A stretch of DNA of 51,670 nt from Flavobacterium sp. (GTDB lineage Bacteria > Bacteroidota > Bacteroidia > Flavobacteriales > Flavobacteriaceae), in assembly GCA_030150335.1 (NCBI GenBank), contig JASLGC010000328.1, forward strand, positions 1 to 51,670, in the 5' to 3' direction. Shown here piece after piece: positions 29,055 to 39,270 of the stretch. Position numbers and translations under genes: made by a program. Every line of letters starts with the position of its first letter. Positions within the stretch are counted from its first letter, which is position 1. A model generated the notes under the pieces. That model was given only the letters and a program-made list of their open reading frames with translations, did no database searches and was not told where the DNA came from.

Positions 29055-29521
29055 TATTTAATCTGATTAGCTTTTTTAAGTTGGTCGATAGATTGACCAA
29101 ATGTTTTTTGAAAGTGTGGATAATCCTTAAACGATTTAAAATCTCCTCCCCATTCCCAACCTTTAGATTTGAAATAATCAACTACACGCATAAAGTTTTT
29201 ATCCAATTCCCATGAAGCACGAGAAAATGAACCATTACCTTTGTCATCGTATAGAATTACAATATCGAACGCCAAGCCGTAATTATGATAAGAACTACCC
29301 CCTTTTGCATTAGTTACTATCTTACCTGCTTTTGTTCTCCCTTGCGCATACAGTTCGTTTTGCTCATTTATAGTACGCAACCCTTGTGAGAATCTAAGCC
29401 TAACCCCTTTAGGTAGTCTCATATTTATTTCTATATAATCCTTTTCTAGTTGGTCACGCAGCTTAATATCCATCTTATGGATTCTCTCTAACGTAATCTT
29501 ATCTACAAATTGTTCTGCCAT
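29054..29521 (-). CDS. endolysin, M15 (L-Ala-D-Glu peptidase-type)
   Basis: GLRTINEQNELYAQGRT, SYHNYGLAFD, WGGDF and DYPHFQ. Confidence 0.93.
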   Translation of the reverse strand: MAEQFVDKITLERIHKMDIKLRDQLEKDYIEINMRLPKGVRLRFSQGLRTINEQNELYAQGRTKAGKIVTNAKGGSSYHNYGLAFDIVILYDDKGNGSFSRASWELDKNFMRVVDYFKSKGWEWGGDFKSFKDYPHFQKTFGQSIDQLKKANQIK

Positions 29522-29546
29522 GTTATAAAAATAGTTTTCATAAAAA

Positions 29547-29584
29547 CAAATATAAAATAAAAAAGGGGGCTTTGCAACCCCCTT
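29547..29584 (-). terminator. terminator followed by a TATATTTG -7 element ahead of the lysis genes
   Basis: AAGGGGG/CCCCCTT stem (29563-29584) with A-tract; CAAATATA at 29547-29554. Confidence 0.55.
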
Positions 29585-29589
29585 ATCAA

Positions 29590-29760
29590 TTATAATTCAC
29601 TCTCAAAATGCGCAATCATTTCTTTTAACTCGCGCCACTCATTACCATAATCTTTACCCTTTTTACAAAGTTTTTGAATTTTATCCAACTGATCCTCGAT
29701 AACTTCCAGAGCATGTTCTTCCAACCTGCCCATGGAATACTTTTTGAAAAAATTGTCCAT
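29590..29760 (-). CDS. small charged helical protein (56 aa, MDNFFKKYSMGRLEEH...)
   Basis: Manually translated; starts 3 nt after the 29764 stop. Confidence 0.65.
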   Translation of the reverse strand: MDNFFKKYSMGRLEEHALEVIEDQLDKIQKLCKKGKDYGNEWRELKEMIAHFESEL

Positions 29761-29763
29761 AAC

Positions 29764-30495
29764 CTAGGAATTAACTTTTGTTTGCGCCGAGCTATTACTC
29801 TGACCGCTCGAATTCATTGTTCCAAGATTCACGATAGAATTGGTTTGACGTGCCAATTGGTCACCTACAACATTCATAAACGTTCCCAACTCTTGGCGTT
29901 GTTGTTGTAACTGCGCTTGCAATTGAGACTGTGTAGCTACTGCCGTATTTTGTACGTTAATCTCTATTTCGCGATTATCACGACCCCTACGCTCGCCGGC
30001 TAACTCAGCTCGTAACCCATCGATTAAGTTTTGTGTAATCAACGCACGTGTAGCATCGCCATCAGCATTAATCTGTTGCTTTACAGCGCAAAACTGTTGG
30101 TCTACTGCATGCTGAAAATTGCTCATTTGCGAACTAATAGCGAAATTACCTTGCATAACTGTTTTGTCAACAGCACAAATCTGATTGTCTAAGTTTCGAA
30201 AGTTGTTAGCAATGTTCATATTACTAGCATTGAACGACAATTGTAATTCGTTTCCTAGTTTATGAACTTCTGTACTAACGTCCGACACATCTTTACGTAA
30301 ATCTGATACGTTCTGTTCTAAAACCGTAGTTCCCGGTATAGCTCCGCCTCCATTATTCCAATTGTTGCCCCAACCATTTTGACCGCCTAAAAAAGTGTTT
30401 AATCCGATTAGACCAATTGGCGCAATACCTCCAAAACCTCCAAAACCGTAGCCACCGCCACCCACTACATCGGTAGCTCCTGTACTTATACTCAT
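29764..30495 (-). CDS. Gly-rich N-terminus / coiled-coil / Q-N-rich protein of unknown function (start taken at MSIST)
   Basis: GGGGYGFGGFGGIAPIGLIGL segment, heptad repeats and a Q-rich tail. Confidence 0.8.
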   Translation of the reverse strand: MSISTGATDVVGGGGYGFGGFGGIAPIGLIGLNTFLGGQNGWGNNWNNGGGAIPGTTVLEQNVSDLRKDVSDVSTEVHKLGNELQLSFNASNMNIANNFRNLDNQICAVDKTVMQGNFAISSQMSNFQHAVDQQFCAVKQQINADGDATRALITQNLIDGLRAELAGERRGRDNREIEINVQNTAVATQSQLQAQLQQQRQELGTFMNVVGDQLARQTNSIVNLGTMNSSGQSNSSAQTKVNS

Positions 30496-30545
30496 ACCTT
30501 TAATATTTAACAGCACAATCCATTATGTGCATATATAAAAATAAA

Positions 30546-30564
30546 GTGTAATAAATTATAACAC
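30546..30564. promoter_or_regulatory. candidate operator (imperfect inverted repeat)
   Basis: GTGTAATAA-A-TTATAACAC between the divergent genes. Confidence 0.4.
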
Positions 30565-30610
30565 GTTGTAATACAATAGTGTTTATCTTTAACTACTAAT
30601 ACATTATACC

Positions 30611-30853
30611 ATGAAAGAGGTGGACTTGGAATATGTCACTTTGCAAACTAAAAGACATATTATTTCAATTGGGGATTTTGTGCGTAAAAAACGCATATTA
30701 CTTGGGTATAGCCAACAAACTATAGCCTGTATGATGCTTACTGATAAGTGTCTAATATCTGAAATAGAAAGAGGGAGATATAAAAATATCACCCTCTCTA
30801 CATTAATTAAATTAGCCTTCGTTTTAGATGTTGATATTAAGGAGTTTTTTTAA
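30611..30853 (+). CDS. XRE/Cro-C1-type HTH transcriptional regulator
   Basis: IGDFVRKKR...YSQQTIA...ISEIERG...NITLSTLIKLAFVLDV. Confidence 0.88.
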   Translation: MKEVDLEYVTLQTKRHIISIGDFVRKKRILLGYSQQTIACMMLTDKCLISEIERGRYKNITLSTLIKLAFVLDVDIKEFF

Positions 30854-31995
30854 TCTGGCAATGGAGTATACCCATTTGTACAATTGTAGTGATAATCATT
30901 TGTTATGCCATTGTTTATATAAATGAATTCTTGCGAACTGTTTGCCGATACAGTACCTGTATAATAGAATCCTGTAGCTAAAGAAGCTGTAGCAAACGCC
31001 CCTAACCTATAAACCATATCAACATTATCGTAGTAAATAGTTACAGGAGTCAAAGACTCTATTCTAATACACCCCGTGCTCCAATTTGTAGCGCTACCTA
31101 TAAATGCTCTTGACACAAATCGTATAGGTGTAGCTGGATCTCCCGAATCCCAAGAGCCTACAGTTCCTATTTTAGTAGCCACAGATTTACCCCCTACTGT
31201 TTCTATCTTAATCCATATTGTATCATTAGCGTAATATCCTGAGAAAACGTTTTGAGTCTTATTTTCATCCCTATACATTTCCATACCTATTTCAATATAG
31301 TTAGTGCTAAAATAGTAGTTAGGAGATATTAAAGGATCATAATCTGCGTAAGCAACAGACCCGTAGTTTCCATATCCAAATCTATTACTTGGCGCGGGCA
31401 CAAAAACAACATAATCACCGCTAGTGTATATCCCCTCATTATTGTGGTTCAACACAAATAAATCAATATTTTCGTTTCCAGATATTACAATGTTTGGACT
31501 GCTTAGCAGCACTTCAAAATAACCCTCCTCCTGATTGGCTAAACCCCCGTTCGCATAGTTTTCTTCATAAACACTTGCAGATGTCTTTTTCCACTTTACG
31601 GATATATTATTTGTATCAACATAAAATGCCGATTTTACATAAACCCGTATTATAACGCCATACCCATGCTGATTCCTTACGCTATTATAATTAGCTACTC
31701 CCAAAGTATTTAACCCTGCATCATTTAACGCTCTATAAGTTTTGCCATTATTATGTAAACGCAATACTCCCCCTCTAGTGGTTATATTATGCATTTTCTC
31801 ATTAGTTCCGCCTACTTCTACTAAACCGACAACACCGTCAGTGCCCTTGCTCAAACTTAACAACTCATCTAAGTAGAACCTTTGTAACATTATGGTTTTA
31901 GAAACCTGCATGATAGCGCATAGCGTGGTAATTTCAGAACTACCACGATTAACTTTGAGCGCGAAATCTCTATACGCTTGGATTGGCGCTTCCAT
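30850..31995 (-). CDS. tail-tip / fibre-associated protein
   Basis: Beta-rich, G/Y/N/T-rich 381 aa at the end of the tail module. Confidence 0.55.
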   Translation of the reverse strand: MEAPIQAYRDFALKVNRGSSEITTLCAIMQVSKTIMLQRFYLDELLSLSKGTDGVVGLVEVGGTNEKMHNITTRGGVLRLHNNGKTYRALNDAGLNTLGVANYNSVRNQHGYGVIIRVYVKSAFYVDTNNISVKWKKTSASVYEENYANGGLANQEEGYFEVLLSSPNIVISGNENIDLFVLNHNNEGIYTSGDYVVFVPAPSNRFGYGNYGSVAYADYDPLISPNYYFSTNYIEIGMEMYRDENKTQNVFSGYYANDTIWIKIETVGGKSVATKIGTVGSWDSGDPATPIRFVSRAFIGSATNWSTGCIRIESLTPVTIYYDNVDMVYRLGAFATASLATGFYYTGTVSANSSQEFIYINNGITNDYHYNCTNGYTPLPD

Positions 31996-32224
31996 GTTCT
32001 TTTAATAAGTCAATAACTGCTGTAAATAATTCACTATCCGCTGTTGAATCTCCTGTAATAGTAATTGATCCGTTTTGCATAGAAGCATTTATATACTTGC
32101 CTTTTACGCTTGTTGCTAAAACATTAGTAACTATTTCATTTTCTTTGCTAATTACTACAGTGAAATTATTACCTAACACCTCAGTACTATACTGAGTGCT
32201 TATTGTTACTTTTTTTTCTATCAT
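31970..32224 (-). CDS. small tail-module protein
   Basis: Position; ORF track. Confidence 0.55.
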   Translation of the reverse strand: MIEKKVTISTQYSTEVLGNNFTVVISKENEIVTNVLATSVKGKYINASMQNGSITITGDSTADSELFTAVIDLLKEHGSANPSV

Positions 32225-32235
32225 TTATGTTTTAA

Positions 32236-34458
32236 TTAATCTATCCAAATATTTCCATCTTGGGGGTTCAAAGGTGCTACCGTTGGCAATCTGAAACTTT
32301 CTGTTGCCACTATTTTAGGGAATGTAATAGTATTAAACCCTTCAATATTACCGTTATTATATATATCAAGCAACCCATTGCCAGCGCTACCTGTAAATCT
32401 ATGCATGACAGCGTTAGGATTGCTTGTTATTGTATTCCAGTACTCTGTGGTAATACCCTCTCTTTTAACACCGCTATATGAGCCACCATCTACATATATT
32501 AATTGAATACCATTAGCTTTTATCGGTGTGTTCGTTGCATAATTCCTATCACAAACACTTTGCAGCGTGTCAGGCGAATGTGTATTCGCAAAAGCTGTGT
32601 CCCAATTAGCTTGATTAGCTATTGTAGGCAGGCTGTAACCATTAGCAAACTTCAAAGATAAGTCTCCACTTGATGTAATAGGGGAGTTTTCAACTATAAA
32701 ACCATTAGGGGCTGTTAACCCCACCGAAGTAACATAACCCCCACCGCCACCACCCGAACCACCATTTTTATTTACCCATTTTTGCAATACAGAATCATAC
32801 GTTAACACCTGATCGTTTTGAGGATTAGTTATTACTACATCCGATAAGTTAACCAAAGTATTTAAAGGGACTTCACCCCCTGTACCCTCTCCAAACCAAA
32901 GAGTAGCAAACCCATCGCGGTTATCTTCTGGCTTTGGTTGAGCTACGGGAATTCCCAAAACATCGGTATTATACACCCCGTATGTAGTTATATCAAAAGG
33001 AGTGACCTTTCCTCTAGCTGTTACGCTTGCTAATGTTTCATTGGTCGCTTCTCCTGTTACACTTAAACCCTTGCTTACAGAATAATTATATCTATCAGCT
33101 TGGTTTTGCTGACGCACTATTTCATTAATACGTATTACATCAGTCAATGTAACATCATACAAATGCGCTTCTGCTATATCACGAACATAAGCTCCTATAC
33201 GTATATTATCGTCAAACTCCATCCCTTCGGCAATAAGCCTAACTAAACCACCTAGTTCAAAGGTTATATTGTTTTCTAAAATATACTTAGGTGTTGGCGA
33301 CACCGACCAAGTAAAACGCTCTCGTGAATATTCTGCAATATAATTATCACCTATTTCCTTCAAACGAGCTTCTGCATTAGTAACGTACTCCGTAGGCATA
33401 GAAATGTCTAGCAATACAAACTTGTCACCTATTTGCGGGCGCATAACAGTATTTGGCACTCCTGCAGGATATGCGGGATCATCCGTAATTCTATTTAATA
33501 CTATTTCTCTATCGGCATGATTATACCCGTTACTATTTACTGAAAATATAAACCCTGCCAATTGCCCCGAAGTAAAAGCAACCTTTACACTTTCACCCGT
33601 ATTTAGTAAGTGGTTGTTAATATCAAAATCTATATCTGTAGAACGTATTGCATTGTAGTTTTCAGTAGCCGGAACACTTGTAACACCCGCAATTAAACGT
33701 GGATATATATTAGCGAACTGTATATTTTCTTCTACTACATCGCCTGTGTGTGGCAGTACTATTGGATTTGATCCCGTAGGTTGCAAATATCTAAAACCAT
33801 ACGTGTTTGGAATATTTCTATTACCACCTTCAATTTTTAAAGTATTAAAGTTAGTTCCAGATATCCCTTGACGTTGTATCTTATAAAGTCCGTTACCTTT
33901 ACCATAGCTAAATGTAAGACCTGTTAAAGGCTGTCTACGTGTTAAATTAATAGTACGACCATCAACCCAAAATTCAAGTTGGTTTTTATCTGCAACGTCC
34001 TGCAGAACTGTAAGTAGCTTTGTGTTGGCATACGCATATTGCTGTACTTCCGTTTCATCAACAACGCCCAAAGTCCAACCGCTAGAAACTCTATTCGCAT
34101 TCCTAACAAGCAAATCTAAAACACTGCTAGCATTTCCCATCAAAAAAACTTCACCTTCTGTAAGCTGGTTATTTCTATCTAGTCCGTACAAATACCATTT
34201 GCCCAAGTCATAATACAAGGCTTCAAATTCAATTTGATACGTAAATCCTAGTTTTGTATTGTCTCTTGATATATCCTCCGGCTTGTTAAGTTTATATGTA
34301 TCTCCGTAAACGACTACAGTATCGCCAATACGGAAATCAATAGCTAATGCAGAAGACAAAGTAATCACTACCCTATCTTCTTGCATTATTGTTTTGTATT
34401 GCTTACCCTGAGCCTTACCAGACCATACAACTACATTACCTCTTTTAATCTCTATCAT
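32236..34458 (-). CDS. tail-tip hub/spike (Tal-like) protein with fibre-like C-terminus
   Basis: FSYGKGNGLY, GGNRNIP, IYPR and GDKFVLLDISMP.EYV.NAE; C-terminal LSDVVITNPQNDQVLTYD and poly-Gly linker. Confidence 0.8.
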   Translation of the reverse strand: MIEIKRGNVVVWSGKAQGKQYKTIMQEDRVVITLSSALAIDFRIGDTVVVYGDTYKLNKPEDISRDNTKLGFTYQIEFEALYYDLGKWYLYGLDRNNQLTEGEVFLMGNASSVLDLLVRNANRVSSGWTLGVVDETEVQQYAYANTKLLTVLQDVADKNQLEFWVDGRTINLTRRQPLTGLTFSYGKGNGLYKIQRQGISGTNFNTLKIEGGNRNIPNTYGFRYLQPTGSNPIVLPHTGDVVEENIQFANIYPRLIAGVTSVPATENYNAIRSTDIDFDINNHLLNTGESVKVAFTSGQLAGFIFSVNSNGYNHADREIVLNRITDDPAYPAGVPNTVMRPQIGDKFVLLDISMPTEYVTNAEARLKEIGDNYIAEYSRERFTWSVSPTPKYILENNITFELGGLVRLIAEGMEFDDNIRIGAYVRDIAEAHLYDVTLTDVIRINEIVRQQNQADRYNYSVSKGLSVTGEATNETLASVTARGKVTPFDITTYGVYNTDVLGIPVAQPKPEDNRDGFATLWFGEGTGGEVPLNTLVNLSDVVITNPQNDQVLTYDSVLQKWVNKNGGSGGGGGGYVTSVGLTAPNGFIVENSPITSSGDLSLKFANGYSLPTIANQANWDTAFANTHSPDTLQSVCDRNYATNTPIKANGIQLIYVDGGSYSGVKREGITTEYWNTITSNPNAVMHRFTGSAGNGLLDIYNNGNIEGFNTITFPKIVATESFRLPTVAPLNPQDGNIWID

Positions 34459-34868
34459 TATACTATTGGGAATTTCTCTAATGGGTAATCATCTATAAAC
34501 TCAATTGAAAACCTTGCAGAATATGTCATTACTTGATTGTAACTAGTCATTCGACTGTACGCAAGTTTATACCGTCTATTCTTTTTATTATCATCAAAAA
34601 TAATCAATTGCCCCGTCAATATCAAATTAGAAAAAGCATTGTATTTGTTTTCAAAATCCTGCGGTGACGACCCTATACAAACAAAGCTAATGTTATATGT
34701 CTTACTCTCAAACTTGGGAGTTCCAAAATAACGATCTGTTCCGTTTTCGTCAACCCAATTAATAGATAGGCCGTTATTTTTTATTGTAGGCAAAGACCGA
34801 GTGGTGGCATTGAACCCCCACTCAACCGATACACCTATGCTACTTAGTAATACTCCGTTTATTGTCAT
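34458..34868 (-). CDS. distal tail protein (Dit-like)
   Basis: Lies between the tape measure and hub genes; NW.DENG.D motif. Confidence 0.65.
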   Translation of the reverse strand: MTINGVLLSSIGVSVEWGFNATTRSLPTIKNNGLSINWVDENGTDRYFGTPKFESKTYNISFVCIGSSPQDFENKYNAFSNLILTGQLIIFDDNKKNRRYKLAYSRMTSYNQVMTYSARFSIEFIDDYPLEKFPIV

Positions 34869-37800
34869 AATCCTGCCCCCCTCTTTATTGCTTCCGAATT
34901 ACCCATTTTACTATTTATCTGCATCAATGAACTCTCTATTGTTATCAATCTTTCTAATTGCTCCGTATTACGTGCCGTTACGCGCGTGTTAAACTCTATC
35001 TTCCTAAGCTCCCCTAACTTGGTTTGCATCAACGTAAGCGAGCTATTGCCATACTGCTGAGTGTATTCTAACAACTGCAACTGCGCTATTCTTAAACCGC
35101 CAAATTCGGCTTCCAATCTGTTTGCTGTAGTTTCTGTTATACCTTGAATACCTTTAGACAAACTATCTTGTGATTCTTTTTCCGTTGTAAGACCTAATCC
35201 TGCGTATAGTTCGGTAAGTGAATTGTTAAAAACCTGTCCAATTTCATCAAACTTTTGTCTCCATGTTTCAAAATCAAAACCTGCTAACGAATTGTTATTT
35301 CCGACCATATACTCACTAACCTTTTCAATCATACTATTTACAAGTGGCTCAATGAATTTTAGTTTCAAGCTGTTTGCAATAGCGTTCTTAATGAACTTAT
35401 CAAAGGTTTTATTCATGGCTTTGATACCATCCTCACCAGCTTCAAAGGCACTTAGTAAAGCATCTGTCAAACTATTGCTTAACTCCTTGAAGGACGTTTG
35501 CACTAACATTTCTGTAATGCTACGGTTGATATCTTTTATCTTTTCATCAATAGAATCAAGATCGCGGTTATATCCTTCAACTTTACTTTGATCGGTTTTC
35601 TTTTTCTTTTCCTCATCCTTAGACATCTGTTGGATAAGCTTCCTTTGTTGCTCTAGGTTTTTAATCTGCTCTCTACTTGCAGAATAAAACTCTTCACCGA
35701 CACTATTATTTATAGTATTACCTAACTTTTGAAAAGCTCTGTCAAGCTCATTTACTGCTGCCTGACTTTCTTTGATAGACTTTTCTAACTTCCTATCTTT
35801 AGAGAATATATTAATAACCTTACTAACCGTTGTAATAGCATCCGCAATACCCCCTAAAATATCCCCCGCCATAAACTTAGCCGTTGCACTACCTGCGCTA
35901 CCTAAAGCATCCAATGACATTCCTAAGTCCTCGCGGAACTTTTCACTACCTACGCCTAATTGATCAAAAACATCACCAACAGCGTTGCCAATATCTATAA
36001 CCTTTTTAAGCTCGTTGTTTAAGGATTGACCTAAGTTTGCAAGAGCATCCTCTTTAGCCATTCCTTTAGCAATTTTATATTGCCTTATAGCTTCCTTTAA
36101 ATTATCTAGACCACGACCACTTGTATTGATTTTAATCTCGACATCACCTATTTGTCTTAACGCTGCATCATACTGCTGAATGGTTATTTTACCTTCGTCA
36201 AGCATAGTTTTTAAAGTATTCTTCAATACTTCGATAGAACTAGTTGCCTGCTGTTTGGTTTTATCCATTATGTTAACAAACACATCCGCCCATGCTCCGG
36301 AGTCTTGCAAATCCTCCATTGACAGCGCGTTAATAGATTCCTTTTTCCACTTATCGAGCTGTGCTATCTGAGCATCTGTAGCCCCTTCGCCTAAATCCTC
36401 AACGGCTTTGTAGTACTTTCTATCTATCTCTAAAACCTTATCACTATATGACTGCGCTAAGGCTAAAGCTTCCGCATAATCTGCATTTTCCTGCTTGCGC
36501 TTCGTATCAGAAAACACCTCTAAACGTTTTTTCAATACCTTTAATTGGTCTTGCTCCTGCCCTGTTAAATCTCTGCCTTCAAAAGAATTAATAGCGTTTT
36601 GCAACTGCTGTTCATAAGTTAAGGCGAAATTTAATTCAGAATCAAATCTTTCTTTTGCTTTTTCTTCGCCAATCTTATTTTTTAAATCTTGGTACTCCGT
36701 CCATAATTGCAATTCACGGTTTAATCTTTCTTGCTCCAATGCAAACGCCTGCTTATTTCTAACAGCTATTAACGCTTGCTCTTGGCTTGTCTGCAAAGTA
36801 GAAGTGTCAATTTTCTGAGCTTTTGTTTTAGCGTTGTAAGCTTCTATTTCACGTAATAATGTAGCGTACTTGTTTTTAACAGACTCAATCTCTTGCTCGT
36901 TGTCCGACATCGTTTTATTTAGGAAAGACGTGTCAGCATCCGCCCACTTATTAAGCAATGCAATACGCTTTTCACCATCTTGCTCAATCTGTCTATTTAA
37001 TCTTTCTTGGTCTCGTAACGCTTTTTTAGATGCTTCATTGCTTGCCTTCCCCGAACGCTCGTCTAACTTTTTCTGTAGTTCGTCCGCTTCTTTGATTAAT
37101 TTATTCTTTTGCGCTAAGTCGGTATTATCTTTTACAACCCATTGGTTAGCTAACTTTCTTTTTTCAGCAATTTGCTCTTCTAATTCCGCATCAGAAACAA
37201 TCCCTTTAGAAATACGCTCTTGCGTTGCTAATGCTTTGTTTTGATCATTAAGTTTTGACAATACCGCATTTTCAGCGTATAGTCTTTCTTTTAAAGTTTT
37301 TTCAAGTTGTAATTGTTTTTCTAGCGTCTCGTCTGCTTGCCTGCGATATCCTGGCTTAGCCATTTGCTTACGTAATTCTTCACTGGCTTTTATTTGTGCT
37401 TGGATAGATTGTATTTGTATTTCTCTATCTTTTATTGTAGCCTGCCTAGACTCTGTAACCGCTTTATCAAAACCTTTTACTCTATCGGTTGACTCTTGAA
37501 TATACTTATCAATGTTAGTTGCACTAAGCTCTCCGGATATCTCAGCAACCCAACCTGCAATAGCAATCTTAGCGTTTTGCCATATAGTAGATAAACGAGA
37601 TACTTTACTACCTAAGCCATCAACAGCAACACCCGAACGCTCCATTTCACGTTCAATGATGTTACCAACAGCAATATTAAAGTCACCTACTTTTTTAACT
37701 TCCTCTTGAATATCTATAATAGATAATCCTAAGTTGTCCAAAACCATTGTGGATTTACGACCTAACCCCGTAACAAATGAGTCTACTAAATAATCTACAG

Positions 37801-39052
37801 ACTTGCCTGTGTCTTGCGCTCTACGTGTTGCAAACTCCAAACCTTTTGCTAGAACGTCTAAAGGTATCTTAAAGTTGTTGGCTTCTACAGCTAGAGTCAT
37901 TAGTTTTAAATCGTCTACAGTGTCTTGAGTGGCTTTTCTAAGCCTTTGTAACCCTTGCTCACCTGCGCCTAAACGAGCGTAAGCCAAAGAAACACCTTCT
38001 AGTTTTTTGGTAACTTCGAATATCTCTAAACCAAAAGAAACAACTTGCTGAACACCAAAAGCAATACCTACAGCACCCGCCATATTACGCAAAGAGCCAA
38101 GCATACTACCGATAGACTTATTGCTACCTTGCATTGATTTGCCTGCCTTCTCTACCTCTGCACTTACTTTATTGTATTCGCTAGCAATCTTACCGCCTAT
38201 ATCTGCATTTTTACGCTGCGCTTCTGAAAGATTATCGTACTGCCTTTTAAGCTGTGTTAGCTTGGCTGTCATTTCTGAAATAGAACCAATGCTTGCGCGC
38301 TCCGATTCTCTCAGTTGATCAATACGCGCTTTGGCTTCTGTAACAGACTTGTTGTTGTTTTCCTGCTGAACACGCAAAGCAGAAACAGCTTTAACATACC
38401 CTTCCTGACTTAATGACCCGTCTTTAAGCGACTTATTAAGATTTGCCTGCTTTTCATTTAGCTTTACGGTTGCCTGCTCTAAGTTAACGACACGCTGATA
38501 AGCATTTTGCAAAGGAGCGCTCAAACCTTCATACGAGTTCAACACAGCCCCCATAGAGTTTTTATACTCCGACCCTACACCCTTTAAAATGTCGCGTTGT
38601 AAAGCTTCTACTATCTGCGCCTTTTTCGCCACCTCATCATACGAACTTGCAACCTCTTCGTTACCTTTAGCTACGGACGATTGAGATTCCGAAACAGATT
38701 TATTAGCACCCGCAACATTATCTGCTACGCCCGTATATTGCTTACTTTGGTTTAATAACTGCTCATTGGTAAACAAGTATCCTTTTGCATTATCACCTAC
38801 TTGCTTGAATGAGTTGCTTATCGTTTCATTTGCGCTTTGGATATTTCCCGTTGACTGTATCAACTTTTGGTTAGCATCAGTTAGAGCAGTTGCATTCTCA
38901 GATGCTTTAGCGTACACATCAGCCATCCCATCCATAGACTTCGTGCCATCGGCAATAGCTTTGCCTGCTTGAACGGCTTTATCGGCAATATCATCGAATA
39001 CTTTATCGACGTTGTTATCCTCAACTTCTATTACATATTTTATTTCCGCCAT
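34865..39052 (-). CDS. tail tape measure protein
   Basis: 1395 aa, helical and A/K/Q/E-rich; TGLGRKSTMVLDNLGL; upstream of the Dit/Tal genes. Confidence 0.92.
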   Translation of the reverse strand: MAEIKYVIEVEDNNVDKVFDDIADKAVQAGKAIADGTKSMDGMADVYAKASENATALTDANQKLIQSTGNIQSANETISNSFKQVGDNAKGYLFTNEQLLNQSKQYTGVADNVAGANKSVSESQSSVAKGNEEVASSYDEVAKKAQIVEALQRDILKGVGSEYKNSMGAVLNSYEGLSAPLQNAYQRVVNLEQATVKLNEKQANLNKSLKDGSLSQEGYVKAVSALRVQQENNNKSVTEAKARIDQLRESERASIGSISEMTAKLTQLKRQYDNLSEAQRKNADIGGKIASEYNKVSAEVEKAGKSMQGSNKSIGSMLGSLRNMAGAVGIAFGVQQVVSFGLEIFEVTKKLEGVSLAYARLGAGEQGLQRLRKATQDTVDDLKLMTLAVEANNFKIPLDVLAKGLEFATRRAQDTGKSVDYLVDSFVTGLGRKSTMVLDNLGLSIIDIQEEVKKVGDFNIAVGNIIEREMERSGVAVDGLGSKVSRLSTIWQNAKIAIAGWVAEISGELSATNIDKYIQESTDRVKGFDKAVTESRQATIKDREIQIQSIQAQIKASEELRKQMAKPGYRRQADETLEKQLQLEKTLKERLYAENAVLSKLNDQNKALATQERISKGIVSDAELEEQIAEKRKLANQWVVKDNTDLAQKNKLIKEADELQKKLDERSGKASNEASKKALRDQERLNRQIEQDGEKRIALLNKWADADTSFLNKTMSDNEQEIESVKNKYATLLREIEAYNAKTKAQKIDTSTLQTSQEQALIAVRNKQAFALEQERLNRELQLWTEYQDLKNKIGEEKAKERFDSELNFALTYEQQLQNAINSFEGRDLTGQEQDQLKVLKKRLEVFSDTKRKQENADYAEALALAQSYSDKVLEIDRKYYKAVEDLGEGATDAQIAQLDKWKKESINALSMEDLQDSGAWADVFVNIMDKTKQQATSSIEVLKNTLKTMLDEGKITIQQYDAALRQIGDVEIKINTSGRGLDNLKEAIRQYKIAKGMAKEDALANLGQSLNNELKKVIDIGNAVGDVFDQLGVGSEKFREDLGMSLDALGSAGSATAKFMAGDILGGIADAITTVSKVINIFSKDRKLEKSIKESQAAVNELDRAFQKLGNTINNSVGEEFYSASREQIKNLEQQRKLIQQMSKDEEKKKKTDQSKVEGYNRDLDSIDEKIKDINRSITEMLVQTSFKELSNSLTDALLSAFEAGEDGIKAMNKTFDKFIKNAIANSLKLKFIEPLVNSMIEKVSEYMVGNNNSLAGFDFETWRQKFDEIGQVFNNSLTELYAGLGLTTEKESQDSLSKGIQGITETTANRLEAEFGGLRIAQLQLLEYTQQYGNSSLTLMQTKLGELRKIEFNTRVTARNTEQLERLITIESSLMQINSKMGNSEAIKRGAGL

Positions 39053-39270
39053 TTATCAAATTCTAGTATTCCAAATGTACACATATCTAGCCGTTTAACA
39101 AAATTATAACAGTCTGAAAACTCATATTCTTTGTAGCCCATATCTATCAGCTCCTTAACTAATTTAGTAAAGTAATCAGGGTTATTTGGTGCTAAATCAG
39201 AAATAGGCATACGTTCCCGTATACCTATATTTTTTATTAATGATAAAGCTTTTTTTTGATGTTCTGTCAT
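39040..39270 (-). CDS. hypothetical protein between the chaperone and tape measure genes
   Basis: 76-aa ORF overlapping both neighbours. Confidence 0.6.
   Translation of the reverse strand: MTEHQKKALSLIKNIGIRERMPISDLAPNNPDYFTKLVKELIDMGYKEYEFSDCYNFVKRLDMCTFGILEFDKWRK

Noticed and set aside
30611..30853. Lysogeny repressor (CI)
   Set aside because: It is HTH-only with no peptidase domain, lies in the late region, and no integrase is present; a local cassette regulator is more likely.
24975..34458. Diversity-generating retroelement acting on tail fibres
   Set aside because: No reverse transcriptase and no adenine-specific TR/VR pair were seen; the repeat in the SGNH protein is a diverged domain duplication.
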